DNA of 64,000 bases, from contig JASGJH010000001.1 of the NCBI GenBank assembly GCA_047601445.1, positions 3,168,001 through 3,232,000 on the forward strand, given 5' to 3'. The stretch comes from Myxococcales bacterium (GTDB lineage: Bacteria > Myxococcota_A > Polyangia > Polyangiales > DASUME01). Of the stretch, positions 1-9,251 are shown piece by piece. Both the position numbers and the translations under genes were made by a program. Position 1 is the stretch's first letter. Every line of letters begins with the position of its first letter. The notes under the pieces were generated by a model. It was not told the DNA's origin. It made no database searches and saw only the letters and a program-made list of their open reading frames with translations.

Positions 1-1
1 C

Positions 2-1207
2 GCACCGCAGGAGTTCGGCGGTTACGTCGCGCTGTCGCAGCTGCTGTTCAAGCGCGAGCGCCCCGAAGAAGCCGCCCGCACGCTGTCCGACGCCACCAAC
101 AAGGTCAAGGACAGCGCGGACGTGCGCCGCATGCTCGGCAACTCCGAGCTCCTGCGCAACCACCTGCCCGAAGCGATTCATCAGTTCGGCGCTGCCTTGC
201 AGTTCGACCCAAAGGACGCCGGTGCCCTCTTCGGTCTGTGCGTGGCCCAGCGCAAGCACGGTGAGATCTCCGCGGCGGAGCAGACCCTGGCGCGGCTCGC
301 CGCGGTCGATCCGACCTTCTCGGGTCTGCCCCTCGAACGCGGTCAGCTGCTCGAAACGCGGGGCGACTACGCCGGTGCGGCGGCCGCCTACCAGAAGGCG
401 CTCGAAGAACGCCCCCACGACACCGAGCTCAAGCTGCGGCTCGGCGCCGCCCTCGTCACCGCGGATCGCGTGGACGAGGCCGATGCCTTGTTGCGCGAGG
501 TGTTGAAGGAGCGCCCCACGTCCGCCGAAGCCGAGCACTTCATGGGCCGCATCCTGTTTGCCCGCCACGACACGGCCCAGGCGCTGCAGCGCTTCGAGCG
601 CGCCGTGAACTTCGACAACATGCGGGCCGACTACCACATGTATTTGGCCTGGGCGCATCTCGAACAGGGCAACCTGAGCGGCGCTCTCGAGAGCGTGAAC
701 GCCGCCCTCGCGCGGGATCCCAACCTGGCCGATGCGTACTGGATCCTCGGCCGCATCCAGCTGCGTACCGGCGCGGTCAAAGACGCTCTGCAGAACTTCC
801 AGACCGCCCTGCGCCTCAAGCCCGGTCGCGTGGAGGCCCTGGCCGGCATCGGCGACGCCTATGACCAGCTGCGCGAGCTGAGCAAAGCCATCAAGTCCTA
901 CCAGGAGGCCGTCAAACTCGCGCCCGAACACGGAGACTGGTGGTACCGGCTCGGCTCGCTGCACCTCGACAAGGGCAGCCGTGACGAGGCCCGCGTGACC
1001 CTCGCGGAGGCCGTGCTGCGCGGTGATCGCCTGATCGAAAAGCCGAGTTGGCTGGCCGACGCACACCACGCCTACGCCGAAGTCCTGCGCGATAGCGGCC
1101 GCATCCCGGAGGCCCTCGATCAGTACAAGACCTTCTTGCAACTCGCCCCCGCGGGCCACCCGAACCGCGAAGAGGCCACGCAGATCCTGCGCGCCAACGA
1201 GCGCTGA
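2..1207 (+). CDS. Tetratricopeptide repeat protein (5' truncated by window)
   Basis: Frame open from position 2. Many consecutive TPR motifs (e.g. AEAEHFMGRILF, ADAYWILGRIQL, VEALAGIGDAY). Confidence 0.9.
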   Translation, partial: APQEFGGYVALSQLLFKRERPEEAARTLSDATNKVKDSADVRRMLGNSELLRNHLPEAIHQFGAALQFDPKDAGALFGLCVAQRKHGEISAAEQTLARLAAVDPTFSGLPLERGQLLETRGDYAGAAAAYQKALEERPHDTELKLRLGAALVTADRVDEADALLREVLKERPTSAEAEHFMGRILFARHDTAQALQRFERAVNFDNMRADYHMYLAWAHLEQGNLSGALESVNAALARDPNLADAYWILGRIQLRTGAVKDALQNFQTALRLKPGRVEALAGIGDAYDQLRELSKAIKSYQEAVKLAPEHGDWWYRLGSLHLDKGSRDEARVTLAEAVLRGDRLIEKPSWLADAHHAYAEVLRDSGRIPEALDQYKTFLQLAPAGHPNREEATQILRANER

Positions 1208-1264
1208 ACGCGCGAGCGTCGTAAAGCGCCGCGAGGTTCGTGTGCCCAGGGATGAGTGACGTCC

Positions 1265-2086
1265 CTACCGCCGCAAGCGAGCCACGATGCCTCGCACGAG
1301 CTGCGTAAAGCGGCCCGCAGCGGCGCGCGCGGTGTGCTCCACTTCTGCATGGGTGAGCGGCGTGGGCGAGAGCCCCGAGGCCAGGTTGGTGATGCACGAC
1401 AGCCCGAGGATGCGCGCGCCCATGTGCCTCGCCGCGATCACCTCTTGCACCGTGCTCATGCCGACCGCGCTGGCGCCCAGTAGACGCAGCATGCGCACCT
1501 CGGCCGGCGTCTCGTAGCTGGGCCCGAGCACGCCCGCGTAGATACCCTGGGCGAGCGCATGGCCCTGCGCCCGCGCCACCTCGTGTGAGAGCGCGATGAG
1601 CTCTCGGTCGTAGACCTCGGACATGTCCGGGAAACGGGGGCCGAGCTCGCTCGGATTCGGGCCCACCAGGCAGTTACGCCCTGTCAGGTTCAGGTGGTCG
1701 TCGATCACCAACAAACTACCTGGCTCCAGGGTGGGATCGAGGCCGCCCGCCGCGTTGCTCACGATGAGGGTGCGCGCGCCCAGGCGCAGCATGAGCCGCA
1801 CTCCGAGCACCACGGTCTCGAGTGGGTGTCCCTCGTAGGGGTGAAGGCGACCCTGCATGGCCATCGCGGGCACGCCTTCGAGGGAGCCGAACACGAGTTG
1901 GCCCTTGTGACCCATCACGCCGGTCTCGGCCATGCCGGGAATGGTCGCGTAAGGAAGGCGGCGCGCGTCCTCGAACGCATCGACCAAGCTACCGAGTCCT
2001 GAGCCGAGCACCAAGGCCACGTCGGGGGTGCTCTCGAGTTGGGGGCGGACGAACGCTTCGGCGCGCGCGAGATCGGCGAGATCCAT
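1265..2086 (-). CDS. punA: Purine-nucleoside phosphorylase (trimeric PNP family)
   Basis: Motifs LVLGSGLG, QGRLHPYEG, NAAGG, GPSYETPAE, AVGMST, SCITN. Start placed at the second ATG (MDLAD). Confidence 0.92.
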   Translation of the reverse strand: MDLADLARAEAFVRPQLESTPDVALVLGSGLGSLVDAFEDARRLPYATIPGMAETGVMGHKGQLVFGSLEGVPAMAMQGRLHPYEGHPLETVVLGVRLMLRLGARTLIVSNAAGGLDPTLEPGSLLVIDDHLNLTGRNCLVGPNPSELGPRFPDMSEVYDRELIALSHEVARAQGHALAQGIYAGVLGPSYETPAEVRMLRLLGASAVGMSTVQEVIAARHMGARILGLSCITNLASGLSPTPLTHAEVEHTARAAAGRFTQLVRGIVARLRR

Positions 2087-2266
2087 CGTGCCTACGAGCA
2101 GATGCAAAACTCGTCACGCTGTCAACCGATGCCTCGCGATAGCCCGGGCTCGCGCGCGCGTTTTTCCCAGGCGCAGCACCGCACAGCGTTCACCTGCACG
2201 GGCGCGACGAATCCAAGCTGCATCCGCCAAAACACGTGCGTACAATCTAGAAAGGAGCGGTAATCG

Positions 2267-3379
2267 ATGACGCTCGAGCGTGGTTGGCGCTTGCTTCCGT
2301 CAGAAACCGTGCTGTGGCACGGCCGTCCGGTGCAGAGCGCCGCGCGCGATCCGGTGTGGTGGTTAGCCGCCATCTTCCTCTACTCGCTCGCCAGCATCGC
2401 CGGGCTGTTCTCGAGCTTGCTCGCGGTCTCCGAGCTCGCAGGCGCACGTCAAATCGGGTGGATGGCTGCATACCTCGGGCTTTGGGCCACAGCCGTCGTC
2501 ATCGCTCCACGTTTCCTCCACAACTCCTGCGAGTATCTGGTCACGGATCGCCGCGTCATGTGGCGTCGTGGTCGCCTCACGCGCTGGGTCGATCGACACG
2601 CGATCAGCTACGGGCGCATCGTGTGGAACCGCACCACACCGGGCGTCGGACACCTCGAACTCGTGCGAGCCACGCCTTTCGGTCCGCTCTCGCGCAGGCA
2701 GCGCATCAAGCTCCTGCACGTGGCGGCGCCCGACCGTGTATTCGCCATCATCCGCGGCGTGGCGGCGAGCGAGCACCTGGGCGACCCGGACCTGCCCGTC
2801 ACCGATCGGCTCGATCAGGGGGAGCTCGTGATCTGGGGCGCGGGTCCGCAGGGCTTCATGTTGGGCTGGCGCGACGTCCTCACCGCGGCGCTAGGCATGT
2901 TCGTACTGTGGTTGTCGGTCCGCTACGGGGGCCAGGCTTGTGGCCTGTTGGTGGATCTCGAACGACTCGGCTTGCAGGTGCGCTCCTGGACCTGGCTCCT
3001 GTTGTTCCTGGCCACCGCGCTCTCCTTCAGCGTCATCGCCAGCGCCGGCGCAGCGCTGGTATGGCACGGCATCTTCCGCGCGCGCGCCATGGGCCGCGAG
3101 ACCGAGTACGTGCTGACCAACCGCCGCGTGTTGATCCGCCGTGGGCGCACGGAGCTCTCCATCGATCGCCGCACCATCGTGGATGTCGCCGTCGTCCCCG
3201 TGGTCGATGGCTCGCGCCACCTCTATCTCATCCTCGATTCACCCGAAGCCCGCGCGCTCTCGGACAGCGGCGCCATGTTGCCCTTGCCGCCCGCGCGAGA
3301 CCTGGTGCCGCCCGTGCTGTACGAGCTGCGTGACACCGAAGGCCTGTGCGAGCTGCTGCTAGCCCGCGCGGCCGCGTGA
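2267..3379 (+). CDS. Membrane protein with two bacterial PH (bPH)-like units
   Basis: AAGGAG Shine-Dalgarno. Two repeats of E-x-[VL]-[LI]-W-x-[GA], TM hairpin, EY-x-[VL]-T-[DN]-RRV-x-x-RRG. Confidence 0.7.
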   Translation: MTLERGWRLLPSETVLWHGRPVQSAARDPVWWLAAIFLYSLASIAGLFSSLLAVSELAGARQIGWMAAYLGLWATAVVIAPRFLHNSCEYLVTDRRVMWRRGRLTRWVDRHAISYGRIVWNRTTPGVGHLELVRATPFGPLSRRQRIKLLHVAAPDRVFAIIRGVAASEHLGDPDLPVTDRLDQGELVIWGAGPQGFMLGWRDVLTAALGMFVLWLSVRYGGQACGLLVDLERLGLQVRSWTWLLLFLATALSFSVIASAGAALVWHGIFRARAMGRETEYVLTNRRVLIRRGRTELSIDRRTIVDVAVVPVVDGSRHLYLILDSPEARALSDSGAMLPLPPARDLVPPVLYELRDTEGLCELLLARAAA

Positions 3380-3394
3380 ACTACGATCGCGGGT

Positions 3395-4006
3395 ATGTCG
3401 CGCCGCCGCTCCTCTTCGCTCGCTCGCCCGAGTGCGCCCTTGGGCCCGTGGATCCTGGGTAGCCTGCTGGTCGCGGCGTGCTCCGGCACGGCGAGCGCCC
3501 CTGCAGCCACGCCCCGATATCCGGAACTACCCAAGCCCGCCGCTGCCGAGACCTCCCCTCGCTTCCTCCCCGAGGCAGCCCTCCAGGCCGTCCAGCTCCC
3601 GTGCGGCGCCTCGGAGCTTCCCGACAATGGCCTGGATGACGACTGCGACGGGGTCGTGGACAGCCCGAAGTCCGCTGCAAGCAAGCTCACGATTAGCTTG
3701 GCTTATCGCGCGGAGACCCCGGGCGAGGTGCGCCTGCACGTGACGAGTGAGAGTGCGAGCCCGGTTCCAAACCTGGGCCGGAACCCGGACGCCAGCCGCG
3801 GCCCGGCAGTGGCCGTGAGCCGCCTCGACCTGTCCGCTCTGCCAGGAGGCCGCTACCGCCTCAGCGCGTCGCGGCCAGGGGGTGAAGCCGAGCCGGCCGA
3901 GCTTTCACTGGCTGTGAGCTCGGCCACGCTACGCTCAGTCCAGACCTACCTGGTCCGCCTGGGTGCGGGGGAAACCCGGACTCTAGGATTGATCGAAGTC
4001 CCCTAG
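3395..4006 (+). CDS. Putative lipoprotein with MopE-like/putative metal-binding motif
   Basis: Lipobox LVAAC. ELPDNGLDDDCDGVVD resembles the myxobacterial ExCDGxDNDCDG repeat. Confidence 0.65.
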   Translation: MSRRRSSSLARPSAPLGPWILGSLLVAACSGTASAPAATPRYPELPKPAAAETSPRFLPEAALQAVQLPCGASELPDNGLDDDCDGVVDSPKSAASKLTISLAYRAETPGEVRLHVTSESASPVPNLGRNPDASRGPAVAVSRLDLSALPGGRYRLSASRPGGEAEPAELSLAVSSATLRSVQTYLVRLGAGETRTLGLIEVP

Positions 4007-4155
4007 GACTATTGTCACTTCCGTTCTGCGTGTTTTTTGGCAGCATGCCCAGATCGAGAACGAAGGCATCCTCGCAAAGCCGTACGAATTCCGTGTAGTA
4101 GGGCTGGTACTCGTGTGCGATGCCTGAGTAAATTTCAGGAACGGACGCAGTCGCT

Positions 4156-7080
4156 ATGTTGGTTTGCCCCCTCTGCCGTATCGTGCTCGCCGCGAACGAG
4201 TCCGTTTGCCCTCGTGATGGGCAGACCGGACGCGAAGCGGCGCCGCTCGCCGTCGTTCCAGGTCTCTCCAAGCGTTTTCACTTCGTGCAGCCCTTCGCCC
4301 ATGGCGACAGCGGCACGCTGTACCTGGCCGACGAACCCGAAACCGGAAGACGCGGCCTGCTCAAGGTGCTGCCTCCGGTGCCGCGCGCACTGCAGGCGGA
4401 GCGCCAGCGCCTGCGTCGTGAGTTGGTCAAGCAAGGCAGCCTCGAGAGCGCCTATTTGGTCGCGCCGTTCGCGACCGGTGAGACCGAGGGGCAGCTGTGG
4501 ATTTTCCGTGAATGGCTCGAGGGCGTGAGCCTGCGCGTGCGCCTGGCACGCCAGGGTGCGCTACCGCAGCCACAGGCGCTGTCCATCGCGGCCCAACTCG
4601 CGGTGGCCCTCGACGAACTGCACCGCGCGGGCCTCCTGCACCGCGACCTCAAGCCCGGCCATATCCTGCTCGATGCCCAGTCCGATGGGCTCACCGCGGT
4701 GCGCGTGGTCGACGCCGGGCTGTGCGCCCCCATCGCCATCGAAGGGGAAACGTCCGTGCTCGGCACGCCGGGCTACATCGCGCCCGAACAGCTCTCAGGC
4801 AAGCTGGTCAGCTTCCGCAGCGACCTCTACGCCCTCGGCTGTGTCCTCTACGAGATGCTGACCGGCAGCGCGGCGTTTAGCGGGCCCACCTCCCAGGCCG
4901 TGTTGCAGGCTCAACGAGACGGCAAGCACGGCCCCATCCCCGACAATCTTCCCGACGGCGTGAGCACCCTATTGCGCTCGCTCCTTGGCAAGGACCCGCA
5001 AGAGCGGCCTTTTTCGGCCCAAAAACTGCGACGCACGCTTGACCCTTACTTACCGGACGGTGCTGCCGTGACCAGACAACCCACGAAGACCTTCGCCAAC
5101 GTGCCCGACACCAAGAAGGTGCCTCCGCGCGAACCCACCGGGACCCTGCGCCCACCCGCGCCTCCTGGCGCCGGCGCCCAGAAGGCGACCGTGATGGGTC
5201 TCGGGTCGCCGCCGGCCGGCGGAGCCAAGGTCTCGGTGCCACCGCCGCCCCCGAGCAGCAACGCTAAGCTTCCCAAGGAGGCCACGCAGCGCCTCGAGAT
5301 CGAGCAGATCATCGCCAGCGCTCCCGCGCAGCCACGGGTGTCGGCCCCGCCGCCTCCTCCACGCGCTTCCATGGCGCCCCCCCAGGGTGGCCGTGTCTCG
5401 GTCCCACCACCACCTCCGGCCGGAGCGCGCTCGGCCCCTCCGCCAGCGCCTCGCTCGGCGCCGCCCAAGGCGCCCGTGGCGCGCCCTGCGTCGCAGGATC
5501 CGACCCAGGCCATCGACTTCGCGGAGGTGCTCGACGAGGGAGATGACGACGAGCTCGCGCCGCAGAACAAGGGCGTCGTAGAGCGCTCCGAGTTGACCCA
5601 GCCCATCCGCCTCGATCAGGTGCTCGCGGTGGCCGAGGCCAAGAAGCGCATGAGCGTGCCGCCCCCTTCGGCGGCCCGCGTCTCCGTTCCGCAAGCAGCT
5701 CCTGCGGTTCAGGTGCAGAGCGCTCCGGTGGTCGAGGTGCAAAGTGCACCCGCGCAGGCCGCGCCCGCACCAGTCGCGCCGGCGCCAGTCGCCCCCGTCC
5801 AGGCGGCACCGGCCCCGAGCGCGCCAGCATCCTCGATGTACGAGGATGACGCGGCGACCGTGGTCCACGATTACAGCGGACAGGCCGCTCCGAGCCCGGA
5901 CGCCACGCTGGTGGACACGCCCAGCATGAGCTCCGACATCAGCCTCGATGCCACCATCGAACGGCCCGCTCCGCAGCGCGTGCAGGCGGAAAGTGTCGCT
6001 GCCGCCGACGACGACGGCCCCGAGGGTGATCCCGAGGAAGACGAGGCCACCTCGGTCTCGTTCAAGCCCGCCGCCAAGGCGCTCATCTCGAAGAAGAAGA
6101 CCTTGATCGGCCGGGCCATGCAGAGCGCGCCGCAGCCGAACATGTCGCTCGACTTGGAGAACAGCGCCGTCAGCAGCGGGCCCACGCCCACCAGCGACTA
6201 CGAGCGCAGCAGCGAAGCGCGCTCCACCGCCAGCAGCCGGGCCGAGTACGAGGACACCCTCAACGGCACCGAGAACTTCATCCGCACGCGCCAGGCCATG
6301 GTCAAGCAGTACTGGCCGTACGCGGCTGCAGCCCTGCTCCTGCTCAGCGTCGGCGGCGGACTGATCGCCGCGCTCGGCGGCGACGACGAGCCGCAAGTGG
6401 CCTCGGTGAGCGAAGGCATTCCGACGCCCGCCGCGCTGCCGCCGCCCATCGTGCCGACCCCGGCGGTGATGCCGCTGGCAGTGGCTCCCGGCAAGGGCGA
6501 GCCACAACCGAGTGTGACCCCGGTGGCAGAGCCGCTCGCTCCCACGGTGGCCGACACGGCAGCGGACGAAGCGGACGAGGAGAGTGAGGAAGAGGAGCCC
6601 AAGGTGGCCCGCTCCGACTCCGACTCCAAGAGCTCGCACCACCGCAGCAGCCGACGCGAAAGCAAGCGCGAGGAGCGCGCCGCCAAGACCGCGAGCAGCA
6701 AGAGCAGCGGCAAGGCTAGCGACAGCAAGGAAGAGCGTTGGGCCAAGGCACGCCAGGAAGCCCAGGCCTTCTACGCCGCCAAGAAGTACAAGCAGGCAGC
6801 CCAGGCCTACGAGGTCGCCGCCAAGAACAACCCCACCCACGCGGGCACGTTCGCCGGTCTCGGCGCTTCGCGGCTCAAGGCGGGCGACGAGCGCGGCGCG
6901 GTGCAGGCCTATCAAAAGGCCGTGCAGATTTCGCCTTCCACGTCGGGCTTCCATGCTGCCCTCGGGCGCGCCTACGCGGCCATGGGCGACAAGGCCAAAG
7001 CTCGTGCCGCCTACAAGCGCGCGCTGGCCCTCGATCCCAAGAACGAAGCGGCCAAGACCGCGCTCAAAGAGCTCGGCTGA
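4156..7080 (+). CDS. Membrane-anchored Ser/Thr protein kinase (atypical catalytic motifs) with C-terminal TPRs
   Basis: N-terminal CPLC..CPRDG knuckle, HRDLKPGH, DAG, GTPGYIAPE, SDLYALG. Followed by a long Pro-rich linker, a TM helix and three TPRs. Confidence 0.88.
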   Translation: MLVCPLCRIVLAANESVCPRDGQTGREAAPLAVVPGLSKRFHFVQPFAHGDSGTLYLADEPETGRRGLLKVLPPVPRALQAERQRLRRELVKQGSLESAYLVAPFATGETEGQLWIFREWLEGVSLRVRLARQGALPQPQALSIAAQLAVALDELHRAGLLHRDLKPGHILLDAQSDGLTAVRVVDAGLCAPIAIEGETSVLGTPGYIAPEQLSGKLVSFRSDLYALGCVLYEMLTGSAAFSGPTSQAVLQAQRDGKHGPIPDNLPDGVSTLLRSLLGKDPQERPFSAQKLRRTLDPYLPDGAAVTRQPTKTFANVPDTKKVPPREPTGTLRPPAPPGAGAQKATVMGLGSPPAGGAKVSVPPPPPSSNAKLPKEATQRLEIEQIIASAPAQPRVSAPPPPPRASMAPPQGGRVSVPPPPPAGARSAPPPAPRSAPPKAPVARPASQDPTQAIDFAEVLDEGDDDELAPQNKGVVERSELTQPIRLDQVLAVAEAKKRMSVPPPSAARVSVPQAAPAVQVQSAPVVEVQSAPAQAAPAPVAPAPVAPVQAAPAPSAPASSMYEDDAATVVHDYSGQAAPSPDATLVDTPSMSSDISLDATIERPAPQRVQAESVAAADDDGPEGDPEEDEATSVSFKPAAKALISKKKTLIGRAMQSAPQPNMSLDLENSAVSSGPTPTSDYERSSEARSTASSRAEYEDTLNGTENFIRTRQAMVKQYWPYAAAALLLLSVGGGLIAALGGDDEPQVASVSEGIPTPAALPPPIVPTPAVMPLAVAPGKGEPQPSVTPVAEPLAPTVADTAADEADEESEEEEPKVARSDSDSKSSHHRSSRRESKREERAAKTASSKSSGKASDSKEERWAKARQEAQAFYAAKKYKQAAQAYEVAAKNNPTHAGTFAGLGASRLKAGDERGAVQAYQKAVQISPSTSGFHAALGRAYAAMGDKAKARAAYKRALALDPKNEAAKTALKELG

Positions 7081-7116
7081 GCCACGCGCTCAGGCGCGCT
7101 CGCGGCGCCCGGATAC

Positions 7117-8352
7117 TCAGGCGCGCTTGCGGCGCCTGGTGCGACGGCCCCAAAGGCCAGCCAGTCCCAGCATCAGACCACCGAGACTGGCAACGCCGCC
7201 GGAACCCGCGTGGCTACCGGGCGCAGTCACGCTGCAGTTCTCGTCGGCCTCGAACGACCGGCGCTTGGCGGGTCCGCCCGGCACGGCACTACCCGAGCCC
7301 TTGTAGCAGCCGTTGGTGCGGCAGAAGTCCTCGCAATCCGCGGCGCAATCGGCGTCCACGGGGTCGAGACTGCACACGCCGTCGCCGCAGCTGGGCTCGA
7401 TTCCACACAGGCGCATGCTCGGATAGCCCGTGGCGCACAGCGCATCGATCGCGGCGCCTGCGTACGTGGCCTGCTCCCAGCGCCACTCGGGGGCGCCGGA
7501 GTCGGCCGGCACCTGGTTCGCCACGCGACAGCCGTTCGCCGTCTCTTTGTAGTCGTCACCGCCGCGCACCAACACGCCCGCTAGCGCGTAGCTCGAATCC
7601 AGGATGGCCGAGCCGCTGGAACCCTCGAAGGTGTCCGAGTTGAGCGCGAAGAAGTCGTACTGCGACGTGCGCGCGTCCTGCACCATGGCGCCGCGGTCGA
7701 TCTTGAGTGGCAACCCGCTGGTGAAACCCAGCGCGATCACCGGATCCGACACCGTCATGGCGCCCTTGCGCACGGTCACTGGCGAGCGCGCGGAAGGGAC
7801 GCGGTCGAGCTGCACGATGGCGAAGTCGCTCTTCGTCTCCGTGAAAGTACGCAACACCACGTGGCGACAGGCGTATACGTCGCTCGAACTCACCTCTTCG
7901 AGCTGCCCTTCGTCACCGTAGGCATAGTCGAATACGAACGCGTAGCTGCGGCAGTCGTCGTCCGTCTCCACGCAGTGTCCGGCCGTGATCAACAAGTCCT
8001 TGTCGATGAGCACGCCCGAGCAAGTCGCCGCAGCTGGCTGATCCGCGAAGCGCTGCCCGTCGCACAAGTTGTAGGTCTGCCGGAGCGTGGTCTGCGAGAT
8101 GCGCACGTCGCCGGTGGCGAGTCGGTGCACGAGCGGCGTCTTGATCAACGCGGCCACCGAAGAGCGGGCGACCTCGCGCAGCACGGGATCCTCGACCTCG
8201 TAGAGGTCTTGCCGATCGTCGCGACCGTAGACGATGGCCTGTTCTCGCGTGAAGACCTCCGACTCCGTGTCTTCCGCGTCGCCGACGGCGGCACAGCCCG
8301 CGATGGTTACGATACTCAGCCCGAGAAGAGTCCGCTTCGCCGCCCAATCCAC
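7117..8352 (-). CDS. Trypsin-like (S1) serine protease, lipoprotein with MYXO-CTERM-type tail
   Basis: Catalytic motifs TAGHC, SDFAIV, GSSGS. Lipobox IAGC. C-terminal CSV..hydrophobic helix..RRTRRRKRA. Confidence 0.88.
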   Translation of the reverse strand: MDWAAKRTLLGLSIVTIAGCAAVGDAEDTESEVFTREQAIVYGRDDRQDLYEVEDPVLREVARSSVAALIKTPLVHRLATGDVRISQTTLRQTYNLCDGQRFADQPAAATCSGVLIDKDLLITAGHCVETDDDCRSYAFVFDYAYGDEGQLEEVSSSDVYACRHVVLRTFTETKSDFAIVQLDRVPSARSPVTVRKGAMTVSDPVIALGFTSGLPLKIDRGAMVQDARTSQYDFFALNSDTFEGSSGSAILDSSYALAGVLVRGGDDYKETANGCRVANQVPADSGAPEWRWEQATYAGAAIDALCATGYPSMRLCGIEPSCGDGVCSLDPVDADCAADCEDFCRTNGCYKGSGSAVPGGPAKRRSFEADENCSVTAPGSHAGSGGVASLGGLMLGLAGLWGRRTRRRKRA

Positions 8353-8439
8353 GCATGAAAGCGTAGCGAATCGAGCCTCCGAGGCCGACCGGATTTTGCG
8401 GGCTTGGACGCGCGACCCGACGACCGCACCTACCCTGGC

Positions 8440-9246
8440 CTACGGAGGCACACCGAACAGCGCCTCGAAGTTGGCGCTCAGCTGAGCCTCGACCTGTTCG
8501 ATGTCGATGCCCCAGAGCTCGCTGGCGTAGGCGAGTGTGTGCGTCACGTTGGCGGGCTCGTTGTCTCGCTCTTTGTCGGGACCCAGGTACGGGCAGTCTG
8601 TCTCCAGCAAGAGTCGCTCGCGCGGCAAGGTCTCCAGCATGCGGGTGAAGCTCTCAGAGCGTCGCGCGTTGGCTGGAATGGAGAGGTAGTGCCCCGCCTC
8701 CGCGATCTCGCGCGCCAGCTTGAGCTTGCCGCCGAAGCAATGCCAATCCACGCGCCGGGCGCCCATCTCGCGCAGGATCTCGAGCGCCCTGCGCTCACGC
8801 TTGCGCGTGTGGATGATGATGGCCTTGTCCGCCCGCATCGCGATCTCGACCAGCGCCCGAAAGGCCCTCTCTTGGGCCTCCCAAAACGCCTCCGGCACCC
8901 AGTAGCCGTCGAGCCCAATCTCGCCCACCGCAAACGCCTCGTCGACGTGTTCGGCAACCCACGCGATGGCTTCGTCCGCGTTCGCTTCGTGCGCGGCTTC
9001 GCGCGGGTAGTCGATGCCCGCCTTACGCATCTCGGGCAGCACCGCGTCCACCGGGTACAGGCCGAAGGCCGGCTTTACCAGGGAATCGCGGGCCGCGAGG
9101 GCACGGACCTGCTCGTTGTCTTCAGGGTTGAGTCCGTTCGAGATGATGCTCGTCAGTCCCGCCTGGCGAGCCGCCGCCAGCACCTGATTCAGCTCAGGGA
9201 GGAGCTTCGGGTGCGTGAGGTGGGCGTGCACATCGAACAGTCCCAT
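8440..9246 (-). CDS. tatD: TatD family metal-dependent hydrolase/DNase
   Basis: DVHAH, AVGEIGLD, IIHTR, HCF and LLETDCPY motifs. Confidence 0.92.
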   Translation of the reverse strand: MGLFDVHAHLTHPKLLPELNQVLAAARQAGLTSIISNGLNPEDNEQVRALAARDSLVKPAFGLYPVDAVLPEMRKAGIDYPREAAHEANADEAIAWVAEHVDEAFAVGEIGLDGYWVPEAFWEAQERAFRALVEIAMRADKAIIIHTRKRERRALEILREMGARRVDWHCFGGKLKLAREIAEAGHYLSIPANARRSESFTRMLETLPRERLLLETDCPYLGPDKERDNEPANVTHTLAYASELWGIDIEQVEAQLSANFEALFGVPP

Positions 9247-9251
9247 GTGGC

